Assembly: GCA_902563835.1 (NCBI GenBank)
Contig: CACEZB010000005.1
Location: 4,931-68,930, forward strand
Source: an uncultured SAR86 cluster bacterium
GTDB lineage: Bacteria; Pseudomonadota; Gammaproteobacteria; Magnimaribacterales; D2472
Reading direction: 5' to 3'
Length of the DNA: 64,000 nt
The notes below the pieces were generated by a model. It was not told the origin of the DNA and did not search any database. It saw only the letters and a list, made by a program, of their open reading frames with translations. This document shows positions 29,266-39,855 of this stretch, piece by piece. Position 1 is the first letter of the stretch. The number at the start of each line of letters is the position of its first letter. A program made the translations under genes and the position numbers.

Positions 29266-29889
29266 CTAATCAATGCCCAAAATTTTATGTTGTTGAATAC
29301 TTAATTTCCATTTAGGGTTCTTAAGGCAGAACTTAATAGCATTTTCTGTGTTATTTATCTTATCCTCAGAATCCATAGGCTGCAAAAAGAAATGTTCAAA
29401 ACTTAATTTTTCAAAAGACTTTAAGTCAAATCCATCTTGAGGATATACAACTTTTAATTCATTTCCTTTATCAACTAAAAGTTCGCTCCCAGCTTTTGGA
29501 GAAACGCATACCCAATCAATATCAAAATCAATTTTAATTGTTCCATTTGTTTCAATAGCAGTTATAAAATTAACTTCTTTACATGCAGCAATTAGCTCTT
29601 GATCTAGTTGAAGCATTGGTTCTCCTCCAGTAAAGACAACATAAGCTTCTTCTTCTGAATCCCATAATTCTTGTATTTTAGTGATTAAAGTTTCTATTGA
29701 ATATTTTCCGCCATTAATGCCATCAGTGCCTACAAAATCTGTATCACAAAATTTACAAATAGCATTATCTCTATGCTTTTCTTTTCCTGACCATAGATTA
29801 CAGCCACTAAATCGAACAAATACAGCAGATTGTCCACTTTGGGCGCCTTCGCCTTGAATAGTTTTATATATTTCTTTTATTGAATACAT
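29266..29889 (-). CDS. queE: 7-carboxy-7-deazaguanine synthase (radical SAM)
   Basis: 207 aa. The cluster motif C-x14-C-x2-C can be read directly (CNLWSGKEKHRDNAICKFC), as in the Burkholderia-type QueE. It is adjacent to queC. Confidence 0.85.
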   Translation of the reverse strand: MYSIKEIYKTIQGEGAQSGQSAVFVRFSGCNLWSGKEKHRDNAICKFCDTDFVGTDGINGGKYSIETLITKIQELWDSEEEAYVVFTGGEPMLQLDQELIAACKEVNFITAIETNGTIKIDFDIDWVCVSPKAGSELLVDKGNELKVVYPQDGFDLKSFEKLSFEHFFLQPMDSEDKINNTENAIKFCLKNPKWKLSIQQHKILGID

Positions 29890-29890
29890 T

Positions 29891-30544
29891 TTAAATTAAA
29901 GGATCCTTCGAGTTATTATCTAAAAAAGCTTCAGCTCTCTCAACACAAGATCCACATTTACCACATGGATTTTGTTTTCCTTCATAACAAGTCCATGCTT
30001 TAGAATAATCTAAATTTAAATCTAACCCTATCTTAATTATTTCTCCTTTCGTATAACTAATAAAAGGAGCATCTATTTTTATTTTTGAGGAGTCGCAAAG
30101 ACCAGCAGCAACATTCATTGCATTTAAAAATTCTGGTCTACAGTCTGGATATATAAAATGATCACCTGCATGGGCTCCATACCAAACTTCTTTAATATAG
30201 TTTGAAATCGAGTATGCGATAGCATACGAAAGAAAAATCATATTTCTATTCGGAACTATTGTTGACTGCATGGTTTCTTCTTTATAACTGCCGTGTGGTA
30301 CTTTAGTTTCTAAAGATGTTAATGAAGAATTGCCAAAAACAATTTCAGAATTATCCCCAATGTCAATTATAGAATGTTTTACATTAAGCTCTTTACAAAC
30401 ACTGGAAGCAAAATCTATTTCTTTGTTATGTTTTTGACCATATTTAAATGTTAAACAATCAACATTAAAATTTTTTGATAAAGCATAATTCAAAAGCGTA
30501 TAGGAATCTGAACCGCCAGAATAAATTAAAGTAATTTTTTTCAA
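29891..30544 (-). CDS. queC: 7-cyano-7-deazaguanine synthase
   Basis: 217 aa. It has the PP-loop motif YSGGSDSYT and the C-terminal zinc cysteines CGKCGSCVER. Its TTG start overlaps the phhB stop (TTGA). Confidence 0.9.
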   Translation of the reverse strand: MKKITLIYSGGSDSYTLLNYALSKNFNVDCLTFKYGQKHNKEIDFASSVCKELNVKHSIIDIGDNSEIVFGNSSLTSLETKVPHGSYKEETMQSTIVPNRNMIFLSYAIAYSISNYIKEVWYGAHAGDHFIYPDCRPEFLNAMNVAAGLCDSSKIKIDAPFISYTKGEIIKIGLDLNLDYSKAWTCYEGKQNPCGKCGSCVERAEAFLDNNSKDPLI

Positions 30545-30888
30545 TTGTTTTTAAATAAATTATCAGTTTTTGAGGCGCATATGAAATCATTCTTATGTAA
30601 TCCTTTTATTTTATGAGACCACCAAGAAACAGTAACCTTGCCCCATTCTAGAATAATTTCAGGATGATGATCTTCTGCTTCTGCTAATTGCGCCACCTTA
30701 TTAGTGAATGCTAAAGAGTCTTCATAATTTGTGAATGCGAATGAGCAAATTAATCTATTTATACCTTCATCAGAAATAACTTCCCAAGATGGAATTTGAA
30801 CTTGAAGTTCATTTATCTCATCATCACTAAGAGTTGGGGCGTCAATATTGCATGCCTCACATTTACTTTGAGATAATTCAGTGGTCAA
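30541..30888 (-). CDS. phhB: pterin-4a-carbinolamine dehydratase (PCD/DCoH family)
   Basis: 115 aa. It has the conserved EDHHPEI motif and typical PCD length. Confidence 0.85.
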   Translation of the reverse strand: MTTELSQSKCEACNIDAPTLSDDEINELQVQIPSWEVISDEGINRLICSFAFTNYEDSLAFTNKVAQLAEAEDHHPEIILEWGKVTVSWWSHKIKGLHKNDFICASKTDNLFKNN

Positions 30889-30890
30889 TT

Positions 30891-32282
30891 TTATATTCCG
30901 CCTTTAGCTAATTTTGAAGGATCGAGTAGTTTTTTTAATTTTCCTTTTGGTATATTAGTTTCTTTAGATGCAACTTCAACTATAGATCTATTTTCTTTAT
31001 AAGCCTTCTTAGCAATCTCTGCAGCTTTTTCATATCCAATTATTGGATTTAGAGCGGTGACTAAAATAGGATTTCTAGATAATGAAACATCGAGATTTTT
31101 CTTATTAACCTTAAAGGTTTTGATTGCTTTTTTTGATAGAGCCTCCATAGAACCTGATAGAAGATTAATACTCTTAAGCAAGTTATAAGCTATAACAGGC
31201 AACATTACATTTAACTGAAAATTACCTGATTGAGCAGCAATAGTGATTGAAACATCATTACCTATTACGTCAGCAGAAGCCATTGCAACAGCCTCAGGAA
31301 TAACTGGATTAACCTTTCCTGGCATTATGCTGCTTCCTGGTTGTAAAGTTTTAAGCTCTATCTCAGACAAACCGGCTAATGGCCCACTATTCATCCACCT
31401 TAAATCATTTGAGATTTTTGTAAGTATGACTGCTAAATTTTTTAACTCTCCAGACAATTGAACTGAACAATCTTGCGCACTTAATTCATGATAAAAATTT
31501 TTACTTGGAATATATTTACACTTACCCCCTGCAAGTTTTGTCATCTCTTGAGCGAAATATTTAGAAAATTGTTTATGAGCATTTATTCCACTTCCGACTG
31601 CCGTTCCTCCTTGAGGTAATTCAAGAAATTTCTTTTCTATAATATTCAACATTTCTTTAGAAGATTTTAATTGGTTAGACCAAGCTATTAATTCTTCTGA
31701 GAAATCTATTGGCATAGCATCCATCAAATGGGTTCGCCCTGTCTTGATGATTCCTTTAACTGAATCAGCTTTTTTTTCAATTGTTTTAATTAATTCATCC
31801 AATGCTGGCATTAATTTTTTTGTTAAGTCCATATGAGCACTTATTTTAATTGCAGTAGGTATTACATCATTGCTGCTTTGACTCATATTTACATCATCAT
31901 TTGGGCTAACCATTACTTTTGCATATTTAGTTGCTAAATTTGCGATAACTTCATTTGCATTCATATTTGAGCTTGTGCCAGATCCAGTTTGAAATACATC
32001 AATAGGAAATTCATGATGATGTTTTTCCTGCCATACTTCTTTGGCTGCCTTTGAAATAGCTTTAGCTTTTTTAGATGATATAAGTTTAAGTCGTAAATTT
32101 GTTTTTGCAGCAGCGTCCTTTATTAAACCCAAAGAAGATACAAATGATTTAGTAAAAGGAAAATCCATCTTAATCCCACTAATTGGGAAATTATTTACAG
32201 CTCGTTGTGTTTGAGCTCCCCATAATGCTTTTGTAGGCACTTTAATTTCACCAAGACTGTCTTTCTCAATTCTATATTTCAT
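30891..32282 (-). CDS. fumC: class II fumarate hydratase
   Basis: 463 aa. It has the signature GSSIMPGKVNP and the N-terminal EKDSLGEIKVP. Confidence 0.95.
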   Translation of the reverse strand: MKYRIEKDSLGEIKVPTKALWGAQTQRAVNNFPISGIKMDFPFTKSFVSSLGLIKDAAAKTNLRLKLISSKKAKAISKAAKEVWQEKHHHEFPIDVFQTGSGTSSNMNANEVIANLATKYAKVMVSPNDDVNMSQSSNDVIPTAIKISAHMDLTKKLMPALDELIKTIEKKADSVKGIIKTGRTHLMDAMPIDFSEELIAWSNQLKSSKEMLNIIEKKFLELPQGGTAVGSGINAHKQFSKYFAQEMTKLAGGKCKYIPSKNFYHELSAQDCSVQLSGELKNLAVILTKISNDLRWMNSGPLAGLSEIELKTLQPGSSIMPGKVNPVIPEAVAMASADVIGNDVSITIAAQSGNFQLNVMLPVIAYNLLKSINLLSGSMEALSKKAIKTFKVNKKNLDVSLSRNPILVTALNPIIGYEKAAEIAKKAYKENRSIVEVASKETNIPKGKLKKLLDPSKLAKGGI

Positions 32283-32341
32283 ATTTACTTCATATTTTGA
32301 TAAGCTATTTTAACATTATTGAGGTTAGGAGTATAAAAACT

Positions 32342-33151
32342 ATGTCAAATGTTGCACCCATAAAGATAGATACTACAGATGGAAAACTTCCTATTAAGGA
32401 AAAAGGTCTCGTTTTCCAGGAATTTGCTAATCCAGCAGAAGAAAGGAGAAACCAATTAGAAAAATTAGCAGCAGGTTTTAGGCTTTTTGATTATTTTGGT
32501 TTCAATGAAGGTGTAGCAGGTCATATAACCTATAGAGATCCAGAATTTAAAGATCATTTTTGGGTAAATCCTCTTGGTGTACACTTCTCACAAATTTCAG
32601 TATCAGATCTTTTATTAGTTAATCATGATGGGAAAGTGGTCCAAGGTGATAAAGATGTAAATGTTGCAGCTTTTGCAATCCATTCAAGATTGCATAAAGC
32701 TAGGCCAGATGTTAATGCTGCAGCACATTCACATTCAATATATGGAAGAACTTTCTCAACCCTTGGGAAATTATTGGATCCTATATCTCAAGATGCATGT
32801 GCATTTTACGAAAACCAAGGAATATATGAAGATTTTTCAGGAGTTGTTGAAGAGGTCGATGAGGGTGATGAAATCGCAAAGGCTTTAGGAAACAAAAAAG
32901 TTGCTATTCTCCAAAATCATGGGATTTTAACAACCGGACCATCTGTTGATATAGCTTTATGGTTTTATATGTCAATGGAAAGATGTTGTCAGGCACAACT
33001 TATGGCTGAAGCAGCAGGCGAGCCAAAAATTATTCCACATGATACAGCTATAAAAACAAGAGAGTTTATTGCAAACGACATTGCTGCATGGGCTAGCTAT
33101 CAACCTGCTTTTGATAAAATTATTAAAATGCAGCCAGATCTTTTAGATTAG
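32342..33151 (+). CDS. class II aldolase/adducin family protein
   Basis: I prefer the ATG at 32342 because it is preceded by AGGAG. The ORF-track start at 32297 is a TTG. The protein carries the HSHS metal-binding histidines and the NHGILTTG motif. Confidence 0.8.
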   Translation: MSNVAPIKIDTTDGKLPIKEKGLVFQEFANPAEERRNQLEKLAAGFRLFDYFGFNEGVAGHITYRDPEFKDHFWVNPLGVHFSQISVSDLLLVNHDGKVVQGDKDVNVAAFAIHSRLHKARPDVNAAAHSHSIYGRTFSTLGKLLDPISQDACAFYENQGIYEDFSGVVEEVDEGDEIAKALGNKKVAILQNHGILTTGPSVDIALWFYMSMERCCQAQLMAEAAGEPKIIPHDTAIKTREFIANDIAAWASYQPAFDKIIKMQPDLLD

Positions 33152-34584
33152 CTTGCTGGAGCAATTATTGCCTTAGTTTCAAGGCATTCTTCGATACCAT
33201 GCTTTCCATGCTCTCTTCCATTACCTGAAGATTTATAACCACCAAATGGAGCAGCATTTCCTCTAGCACCGCCATTAATCGTTATTTGCCCTGCACGTAT
33301 CTGATTTCCAACTTCTATTGCATGAGATAATTCACCTTGGACATAACCAGCAAGCCCATATTCAGTATCATTAGCTATTTGAATTGCTTCTTCCTCAGTT
33401 TCATATTTCATCATACAAAGCACAGGGCCAAAAATTTCTTCTTTTGCAATTGTCATATCATTGGTTACATCTGCAAATACAGTTGGCTTTACGTAATAGC
33501 CTTTTTCACAACCATCTGGTTTTTCAACGCCACCTGCAACAAGTTTTGCACCTTCTTCAATACCAGTCTCAATTAACTTAATTATTTTTTCATATTGGGT
33601 TTTATTAGAAATCGGTCCTAGTCTAAATTCACCATTTGGATCACCAACTGTTGTGCTATTTGCAGTAGCTACAGCAACCTCTACCGCCTTGTCATAATTT
33701 TTTGATGAAACCAGCATTCTAGTTGGCGCATTACATGATTGACCAGAATTTAAAAAACAATGCCCGGCCCCACCTGTAACTGATTTTTCTAAATCAGCAA
33801 CATCATCCAAAATAATATTTGCTGATTTTCCACCTAACTCTTGTTGAACTCTTTTTACGGTTGCAGCTGATGCTTGGGCAACTGCAATTCCAGCTCTAGT
33901 TGAACCAGTAAACGACATCATATCTACCTTTTCATGATCAGATAAGGCTGCGCCTACTATTGGGCCATATCCATTCACCAAATTAAATACTCCTTTAGGT
34001 ACGCCAGCATCATGCATAACTTCTGCAAGCAGCATTGAGCAGTATGGAGAAATTTCACTTGGCTTTAAAACCATAGTGCAACCCGAAGCAATAGCTGCAG
34101 ATACTTTAGTAGTAATCTGATTCATCGGCCAATTCCATGGAGTAATCATACCTATAACTCCAATTGGCTCTCTTCTTAGTATATATCCACCCTCTTCTTT
34201 TTGAAATTCGTATTCTTCAAGGGCTTCTAATGTTTCTTTAAAATTAATCAATCCTGTATTGGCTTGCGCTCTTTCTGATAGCCAATTTGGCGCACCCATC
34301 TCTTTTGTTATAACTTCTACAAAATCTTTATATCTATTTTCATATTCTTGAATAATATTCTTTAAAAGTTCGATTCTCTCATTTTGTGAAGATTGAGAAA
34401 ATGTTTGGAAGGCTTCGCTAGCTGCATTAACAGCTTTATTAATATCATCTTTGGTCCCTGCAGTGATCTGACCAATAACTTCTTCATTTGCTGGGTTTAT
34501 TACGTCAATCAATTCATTTGAATCTGATTCTACCCATTCTCCATTTATATAAAAATTTAAATCATTATTCATACTTTTCTCCAT
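33148..34584 (-). CDS. NAD(P)-dependent aldehyde dehydrogenase
   Basis: 478 aa. Motifs: ELGGKSA, FLNSGQSCNAPTR (catalytic Cys), and EEIFGPV. It overlaps the convergent aldolase gene by 4 nt. Confidence 0.9.
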   Translation of the reverse strand: MEKSMNNDLNFYINGEWVESDSNELIDVINPANEEVIGQITAGTKDDINKAVNAASEAFQTFSQSSQNERIELLKNIIQEYENRYKDFVEVITKEMGAPNWLSERAQANTGLINFKETLEALEEYEFQKEEGGYILRREPIGVIGMITPWNWPMNQITTKVSAAIASGCTMVLKPSEISPYCSMLLAEVMHDAGVPKGVFNLVNGYGPIVGAALSDHEKVDMMSFTGSTRAGIAVAQASAATVKRVQQELGGKSANIILDDVADLEKSVTGGAGHCFLNSGQSCNAPTRMLVSSKNYDKAVEVAVATANSTTVGDPNGEFRLGPISNKTQYEKIIKLIETGIEEGAKLVAGGVEKPDGCEKGYYVKPTVFADVTNDMTIAKEEIFGPVLCMMKYETEEEAIQIANDTEYGLAGYVQGELSHAIEVGNQIRAGQITINGGARGNAAPFGGYKSSGNGREHGKHGIEECLETKAIIAPAS

Positions 34585-34599
34585 AAATTTAGCTAATAA

Positions 34600-36279
34600 T
34601 TAAAATAATCCTTTTATTTCTTTATGTTCATCTAATCCTATTGCTTCAGCTGCAGGTACTCTAGGCAGTCCTGGCATAGTCATAATTTCACCACATACAA
34701 CAACCACAAATTCAGCACCAGCTGATAACCTTACTTCTCTTATTGGGACATCATGACCTGATGGTGCACCCATTAATAATGGATCTGTTGAAAAACTATA
34801 CTGAGTTTTAGCCATACATATTGGATAATCTCCAAATCCATCATCTTCTAGTTTTTTAAACTGATTTCTAACTTTCTTATCAGCAATTATATCTGCAGCA
34901 CCATAAATATTTTGAGCTATATATTGAGTCTTGTCCCATAAGCCCATTTCACTTTTATATAAAGTTTTAAACTTTGATAAATTTGAATCGGCTACTTTTG
35001 CAACCTCTTCAGCTAAAGCAGCTGCTCCTTCTCCACCTTTTTCCCAGTGAGATGAAATTTTGCATTCAACACCTTTTTTCTTGCAGAAATTAATTATTTC
35101 TTTGTGCTCATTTTCAGTATCGGTAACATAGTCGTTTATACCTACAACTACTGGAACACCAAATTTACTAATATTCTCTATGTGTTTTCCTAGATTTTGA
35201 CAACCTTTTATAACTGCTTCCACGTTTTCCTTATTTAATTCACTCTTTTGAACACCACCATGCATTTTTAATGCTTTTGTTGTTGCAACTAGTACTACTG
35301 CGTCTGGTTTAAGTCCAGATTTTCTGCATTTAATATCAAAGAATTTTTCAGCCCCAAGATCTGCACCAAAACCTGCTTCAGTTACAACATAGTCTGCAAG
35401 CTTTAAAGCAGTTTTTGTTGATGTTACTGAATTACATCCATGAGCAATATTTGCAAATGGGCCTCCATGCATGAATGCAGGATTATTTTCTAGAGTTTGA
35501 ACTAGATTTGGCTGAAATGCATCTTTTAATAATGCTGTAACTGCTCCGTCAGCATTTAATTCTTTAGCTCTTACCGGTTTATTGTCTTTGGTATACCCAA
35601 TAACAATATTCCCTATTCTATTTTGTAAATCCTCTAAATCAGATGCAAGACAGAAAACTGCCATAATTTCAGATGCAACGGTTATATCGTATCCACTTTG
35701 ACGAGGTATTCCATTACCAAGCCCCCCCAGACCACAAGTTATTTCTCTTAAGGATCTATCATTCATATCTACAACTCTTTTCCAGGTTATTCGTCTAGGA
35801 TCAATATTTAATTCATTATCCCAATGGATATGATTATCTATTAATGCTGATAATAAATTATGTGCTGCTCCGATAGCATGAAAATCTCCAGTAAAATGAA
35901 GATTGATATCAGTCATAGGTATTACTTGAGCATAACCACCTCCGGCGGCACCACCTTTCATTCCAAAACATGGGCCAAGACTTGGCTCTCTTAAACAAAT
36001 CATTGCCTTCTTACCAATATGACATAATCCATCAACCAATCCTACACTCGTGGTTGTCTTACCTTCACCAGCAGGGGTTGGTGAAATAGCAGTTACTAGA
36101 ATTAATTTTCCATTGTCTTTTTTAGACAATGAATTAATAAAATTATATGATAATTTCGCTTTATCATTCCCATATTTAATTAAATCTTTTTCAGCAATAT
36201 CTATTGAATGAGCAATATCACTGATAGGTTTTTTGTTAGCAGCATTGGCTATTTCTAAATCACTTAAGTACTCAGTCAT
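34600..36279 (-). CDS. fhs: formate--tetrahydrofolate ligase
   Basis: 559 aa. It has [10 protein letters not shown] (P-loop) and typical FTHFS length. A GGAG SD precedes the ATG. Confidence 0.95.
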   Translation of the reverse strand: MTEYLSDLEIANAANKKPISDIAHSIDIAEKDLIKYGNDKAKLSYNFINSLSKKDNGKLILVTAISPTPAGEGKTTTSVGLVDGLCHIGKKAMICLREPSLGPCFGMKGGAAGGGYAQVIPMTDINLHFTGDFHAIGAAHNLLSALIDNHIHWDNELNIDPRRITWKRVVDMNDRSLREITCGLGGLGNGIPRQSGYDITVASEIMAVFCLASDLEDLQNRIGNIVIGYTKDNKPVRAKELNADGAVTALLKDAFQPNLVQTLENNPAFMHGGPFANIAHGCNSVTSTKTALKLADYVVTEAGFGADLGAEKFFDIKCRKSGLKPDAVVLVATTKALKMHGGVQKSELNKENVEAVIKGCQNLGKHIENISKFGVPVVVGINDYVTDTENEHKEIINFCKKKGVECKISSHWEKGGEGAAALAEEVAKVADSNLSKFKTLYKSEMGLWDKTQYIAQNIYGAADIIADKKVRNQFKKLEDDGFGDYPICMAKTQYSFSTDPLLMGAPSGHDVPIREVRLSAGAEFVVVVCGEIMTMPGLPRVPAAEAIGLDEHKEIKGLF

Positions 36280-36426
36280 ATATTCTCCATATCCCTATAA
36301 AAACAATCATCAGTATACATAAGAGAAATATTCTTAACTACAAAAATATATTTTAATTTTTTGCGGCTTTAAATGCTTCAACTCCTCTTATTCTCGATTC
36401 CTTGAAGTCCAGTATAGGCTTAGGAT

Positions 36427-37575
36427 TTATCCTTTATAAGTTACTTTATAAATCACATTAAATTTGTCATCAGAAATTAATAAAGATCCATTACTCATTA
36501 CAAATGGTGAAACAGGCCTGCCCCATGCTGATTCATTAGATAGCCAGCCTGTTATAAAATCTTCTTGGCTAACATAATTACCATTTTCATCTAATTTAAT
36601 AAAAACAACTTTATAGCCCGATTTTTTTGTCCTATTCCATGACCCATGAAGTGCTATAAAAATACTGTTCTGATATTTGGAAGGAAACTTAATATTATCA
36701 TAAAATGTAATTCCTAAAGGAGCTACATGAGGACCTAATTCCGCAATAGGGTCTACAAAATCTCTATCTACATCTGGAATAAGATAACCAAATTCAGGAT
36801 CAATTACATTTGTAGCGTGTTTATAGGGATATCCAAAAAAACTACCCTCTTTGTTAATTACATTTAACTCACATGATGGAGAGTCATCTCCAAGCCAGTC
36901 TCTTCCATTATCTGAAAAGTACATTTTTTTTGTTATAGGATGCCAATCAAATCCAACGCTGTTTCTAACCCCATCAGCAACTGTAACAAGTTTACCATTC
37001 TGATATTTATGTATGGCAGCAAATCTCGAATCTTTCATTTGTGGTTCAATACAAATATTACACGGCACTCCTACTGGAATATATAAATTGCCATCAGGTC
37101 CAAAATCAATATATTTAAAACCATGCCATGTTTCCGAGGGAAGATCGTTCATATAAATAGATTTTGAAGGAAGTACATTTGAATTTGAACTTAGCCAATC
37201 ATCAATGTTTTTTATTATCCAAATCGTATCTATTTCAGCAAAATATAAATCACCTTTAAAAACGCTAACACCAGTAGGATTTTTTAAATTATCAGCTATA
37301 ACAATTCTTTTTTCAGCAAATCCATCATCGTCAGAATCAAAAAGACCTATTATCTTGTCACCTATTTTTGATCCAACTATTATAAAACCACCATCGGTTT
37401 CAGTTATTTGTCTAGGGGACTCAAGTCCGTCTGCAAAAATATTTATCTCAAAACCAGGTGGAGCATTTAATCTCTCTAAGTTTGAGGTTGCATTCAATAA
37501 GGCTGAAAAAATATATATTGAAGATATAATGAAAATATATTTAATTCTGTAAAAGAGTGTATTAAATTTAAGCAT
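36427..37575 (-). CDS. PQQ-dependent sugar (sorbosone/aldose) dehydrogenase-like beta-propeller
   Basis: 382 aa with an N-terminal leader. Motifs resemble soluble glucose/sorbosone dehydrogenases: PRQITE, GFDWHP, FSDNGRDWLGDD, HGSWNR. Confidence 0.7.
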   Translation of the reverse strand: MLKFNTLFYRIKYIFIISSIYIFSALLNATSNLERLNAPPGFEINIFADGLESPRQITETDGGFIIVGSKIGDKIIGLFDSDDDGFAEKRIVIADNLKNPTGVSVFKGDLYFAEIDTIWIIKNIDDWLSSNSNVLPSKSIYMNDLPSETWHGFKYIDFGPDGNLYIPVGVPCNICIEPQMKDSRFAAIHKYQNGKLVTVADGVRNSVGFDWHPITKKMYFSDNGRDWLGDDSPSCELNVINKEGSFFGYPYKHATNVIDPEFGYLIPDVDRDFVDPIAELGPHVAPLGITFYDNIKFPSKYQNSIFIALHGSWNRTKKSGYKVVFIKLDENGNYVSQEDFITGWLSNESAWGRPVSPFVMSNGSLLISDDKFNVIYKVTYKG

Positions 37576-37595
37576 ATTAGATATAAAATATTAAA

Positions 37596-38663
37596 ATGGA
37601 ACTATCAATTATATTAGATTACATAATTATAAGCATTATTGTGTCTATGGCTATAAATTCTGTGCTTCGAAATTATGCTAAGAAATATAATTTTCTTGTT
37701 GATTTGCCTGATAGGAGCAGAAAATTTCATAAAAGGCCAACTCCGTTGACTGGAGGTATTGGAATTTTAGTTGCGTTGTTACTAACTGGAAAATTATATA
37801 TAGATTTAAATAACCTTAATGGGTATATACCAGATTTTACTTTTCAATTGATGTTAGTTTCAATACCTTTATTGGCAATCTTTTTAATTGATGATCTAAA
37901 AAACTTAAAGCCTAGATTTCGAATACTTATTCAATGTCTTTTAGCAGTTTACATGATATTTAGTACAAACATATATTTAGTTTCTTTTGGTGACCTATTT
38001 GGATTTGGGGAGATTAAACTTGGAATTTTTAGCATACCAGTAACTATTTTTTGCGTAGTTGGGATTATGAATGCTTTTAATATGATGGATGGTATAAATG
38101 GTTTGTGTGCAGGATGTGCGATGTTAGCATTGCTTTTGATAGGTTTTTACTCCGGATTAATTTATGACTCAATGTTAGTTTTAATAATTGGATCAATGAT
38201 TGGATTTCTTATATTTAATTTAGGTTTTTTTGGGAAAAAAAGAGGCGTCTTTTTAGGCGATAGTGGATCAAACTTGGTTGGTTTTTGGGTAGCATGGTCC
38301 GCAATATATGCCTCTCAAAGTGAAATTTATAACATTCAGCCGATTACTATGCTTTGGTTTGTTGCCATACCTTTCTTAGATTGCATAGGTTTAATCTTTT
38401 CAAGGATAAAAAAAGGTAAGAGTTGGACAGCAGCAGGAAGAGATCATATCCATCATAAACTTATGCTAAAGTTTTCTCCTGAAGGTACTCTATTCATAAT
38501 TTTAATCGTATCCTTTATTACTGGGATTTTTGGAATATATATAGAAAATAATTTTTCATCTTCGATATCTTTCTTGCTTTTTGTATCTTATGGAGCTATA
38601 TATTATGTAATCGCAAATAATTATGAGAGCAGCACTAAGGATAAATTGAATAAAAATGTTTGA
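37596..38663 (+). CDS. wecA: undecaprenyl-phosphate alpha-N-acetylglucosaminyl-1-phosphate transferase (MraY/WecA family)
   Basis: 355 aa polytopic membrane protein. Motifs: FHKRPTPLTGG, IDDL, NAFNMMDGINGL, and GDSGSN. Confidence 0.8.
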   Translation: MELSIILDYIIISIIVSMAINSVLRNYAKKYNFLVDLPDRSRKFHKRPTPLTGGIGILVALLLTGKLYIDLNNLNGYIPDFTFQLMLVSIPLLAIFLIDDLKNLKPRFRILIQCLLAVYMIFSTNIYLVSFGDLFGFGEIKLGIFSIPVTIFCVVGIMNAFNMMDGINGLCAGCAMLALLLIGFYSGLIYDSMLVLIIGSMIGFLIFNLGFFGKKRGVFLGDSGSNLVGFWVAWSAIYASQSEIYNIQPITMLWFVAIPFLDCIGLIFSRIKKGKSWTAAGRDHIHHKLMLKFSPEGTLFIILIVSFITGIFGIYIENNFSSSISFLLFVSYGAIYYVIANNYESSTKDKLNKNV

Positions 38664-39084
38664 TTTTTTTAAAAAGAAAAAAATAACTGCTGAACAACAG
38701 ACATCTTTCGAGATAGAGTTAACAGCAGCAGTATTAGCTTATGAGATTGCAAGATCTGATGGTGAGGTAAGCAAAGATGAGTTATCAGTTCTGATGGAAG
38801 AAATAGAATCAATCTCAGAAAAAGTTGGTAAAGATAAATTTGAGATATTAAAAATAATAGAAATATATAGCAAGAATAGCACCTCATTTCATGAGTTCAT
38901 TGAAGACATTAATAATGGCTATTCTAAAGAAGAGAAGCACTCGCTATTAAAATTTATGTGGAAGATAGCTTATGCTGATGGCAAATTAGATGTAGATGAA
39001 GAGCGATTAATCAGAAGAGTTGCTGATCTAATTAGAATAAAGGATATCGAAGTACTTAAATTAAAAGGTCTATCAAAAAATTAA
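38656..39084 (+). CDS. TerB-like (tellurite resistance TerB family) protein
   Basis: 142 aa. The ADGEVSxxE / ADGKLDxDE pair of motifs is typical of the TerB fold. It overlaps wecA by 8 nt. Confidence 0.6.
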   Translation: MFDFFKKKKITAEQQTSFEIELTAAVLAYEIARSDGEVSKDELSVLMEEIESISEKVGKDKFEILKIIEIYSKNSTSFHEFIEDINNGYSKEEKHSLLKFMWKIAYADGKLDVDEERLIRRVADLIRIKDIEVLKLKGLSKN

Positions 39085-39830
39085 TTTTTTAAGTTTGAAA
39101 AAACTACATCAACCTGAAAATTTTCTCTAAGATTTAATATATCTGCAGTACCACCTGCCGATTCTACTATAGCTGCGCCAGCAATTATATCCCAAAGATA
39201 TACACCCTTTTCTTGATATCTTTCTGCTTTTCCAGAAGCAATATAACAAGAAGCAATAGCTGCAGACCCAATCATTCTAACTTTTTTCCAAGTTTGCATA
39301 TCTTCAATCATTTTGCTTAATGATTTACTAGAATAATCTGTATGATGAGGTAGGCCTGTTATTAATACACTATCATCTTTATTCATTTTATTAGAAACCT
39401 TTATAGGCTCATCATTCATTAATGAAAGATTTGAAAACTTATCGCCTGTATATATTAAATCATTATTAAAATCATATATAACTCCCAATATTGGCTTCAT
39501 ATTCTTAACAAGGCCAATTGAAACACAACATATTGGAATTCCTCTATTATAATTTGCTGTTCCATCTAGGGGGTCAATTACCCAAAAGGTGTCTCCTAAA
39601 TCATTAACAGATTTACCAGTCTCTTCAGCCAAAATTGGGTATTTTGACTGAGTGGTTATGATATCTTTAATCAAATTCTCAGATTCTATATCAGCTAAAA
39701 GTTTTGTGTCTTTTTGATTAGACTGTAAGTCTTTATTTAGTTTTTTTTTATTTTTTAATAAAAATTTTCCTGATTCTTTAGCAGCTTTTTTTGCTATATT
39801 TAAATCAATGTTGAGATCTTGAATTTCCAT
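39081..39830 (-). CDS. inositol monophosphatase family protein
   Basis: 249 aa. Motifs: EE, WVIDPLDGTANY, and WDIIAGAAI. Confidence 0.85.
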   Translation of the reverse strand: MEIQDLNIDLNIAKKAAKESGKFLLKNKKKLNKDLQSNQKDTKLLADIESENLIKDIITTQSKYPILAEETGKSVNDLGDTFWVIDPLDGTANYNRGIPICCVSIGLVKNMKPILGVIYDFNNDLIYTGDKFSNLSLMNDEPIKVSNKMNKDDSVLITGLPHHTDYSSKSLSKMIEDMQTWKKVRMIGSAAIASCYIASGKAERYQEKGVYLWDIIAGAAIVESAGGTADILNLRENFQVDVVFSNLKN

Positions 39831-39855
39831 TTATTATATATAATACAAAGAATAG

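Noticed and set aside
36280-36426. Possible folate/ZTP-type riboswitch or terminator in the 147-nt spacer upstream of fhs.
   Set aside because: I read the reverse complement and did not see the conserved GC-rich pseudoknot elements I recall for the ZTP (pfl) motif, or any other strong structure. There is only a weak 6-bp stem (CTTCAA/TTGAAG) with a 22-nt loop and no T-tract. I cannot exclude a divergent element without a covariance-model scan (Rfam/Infernal).
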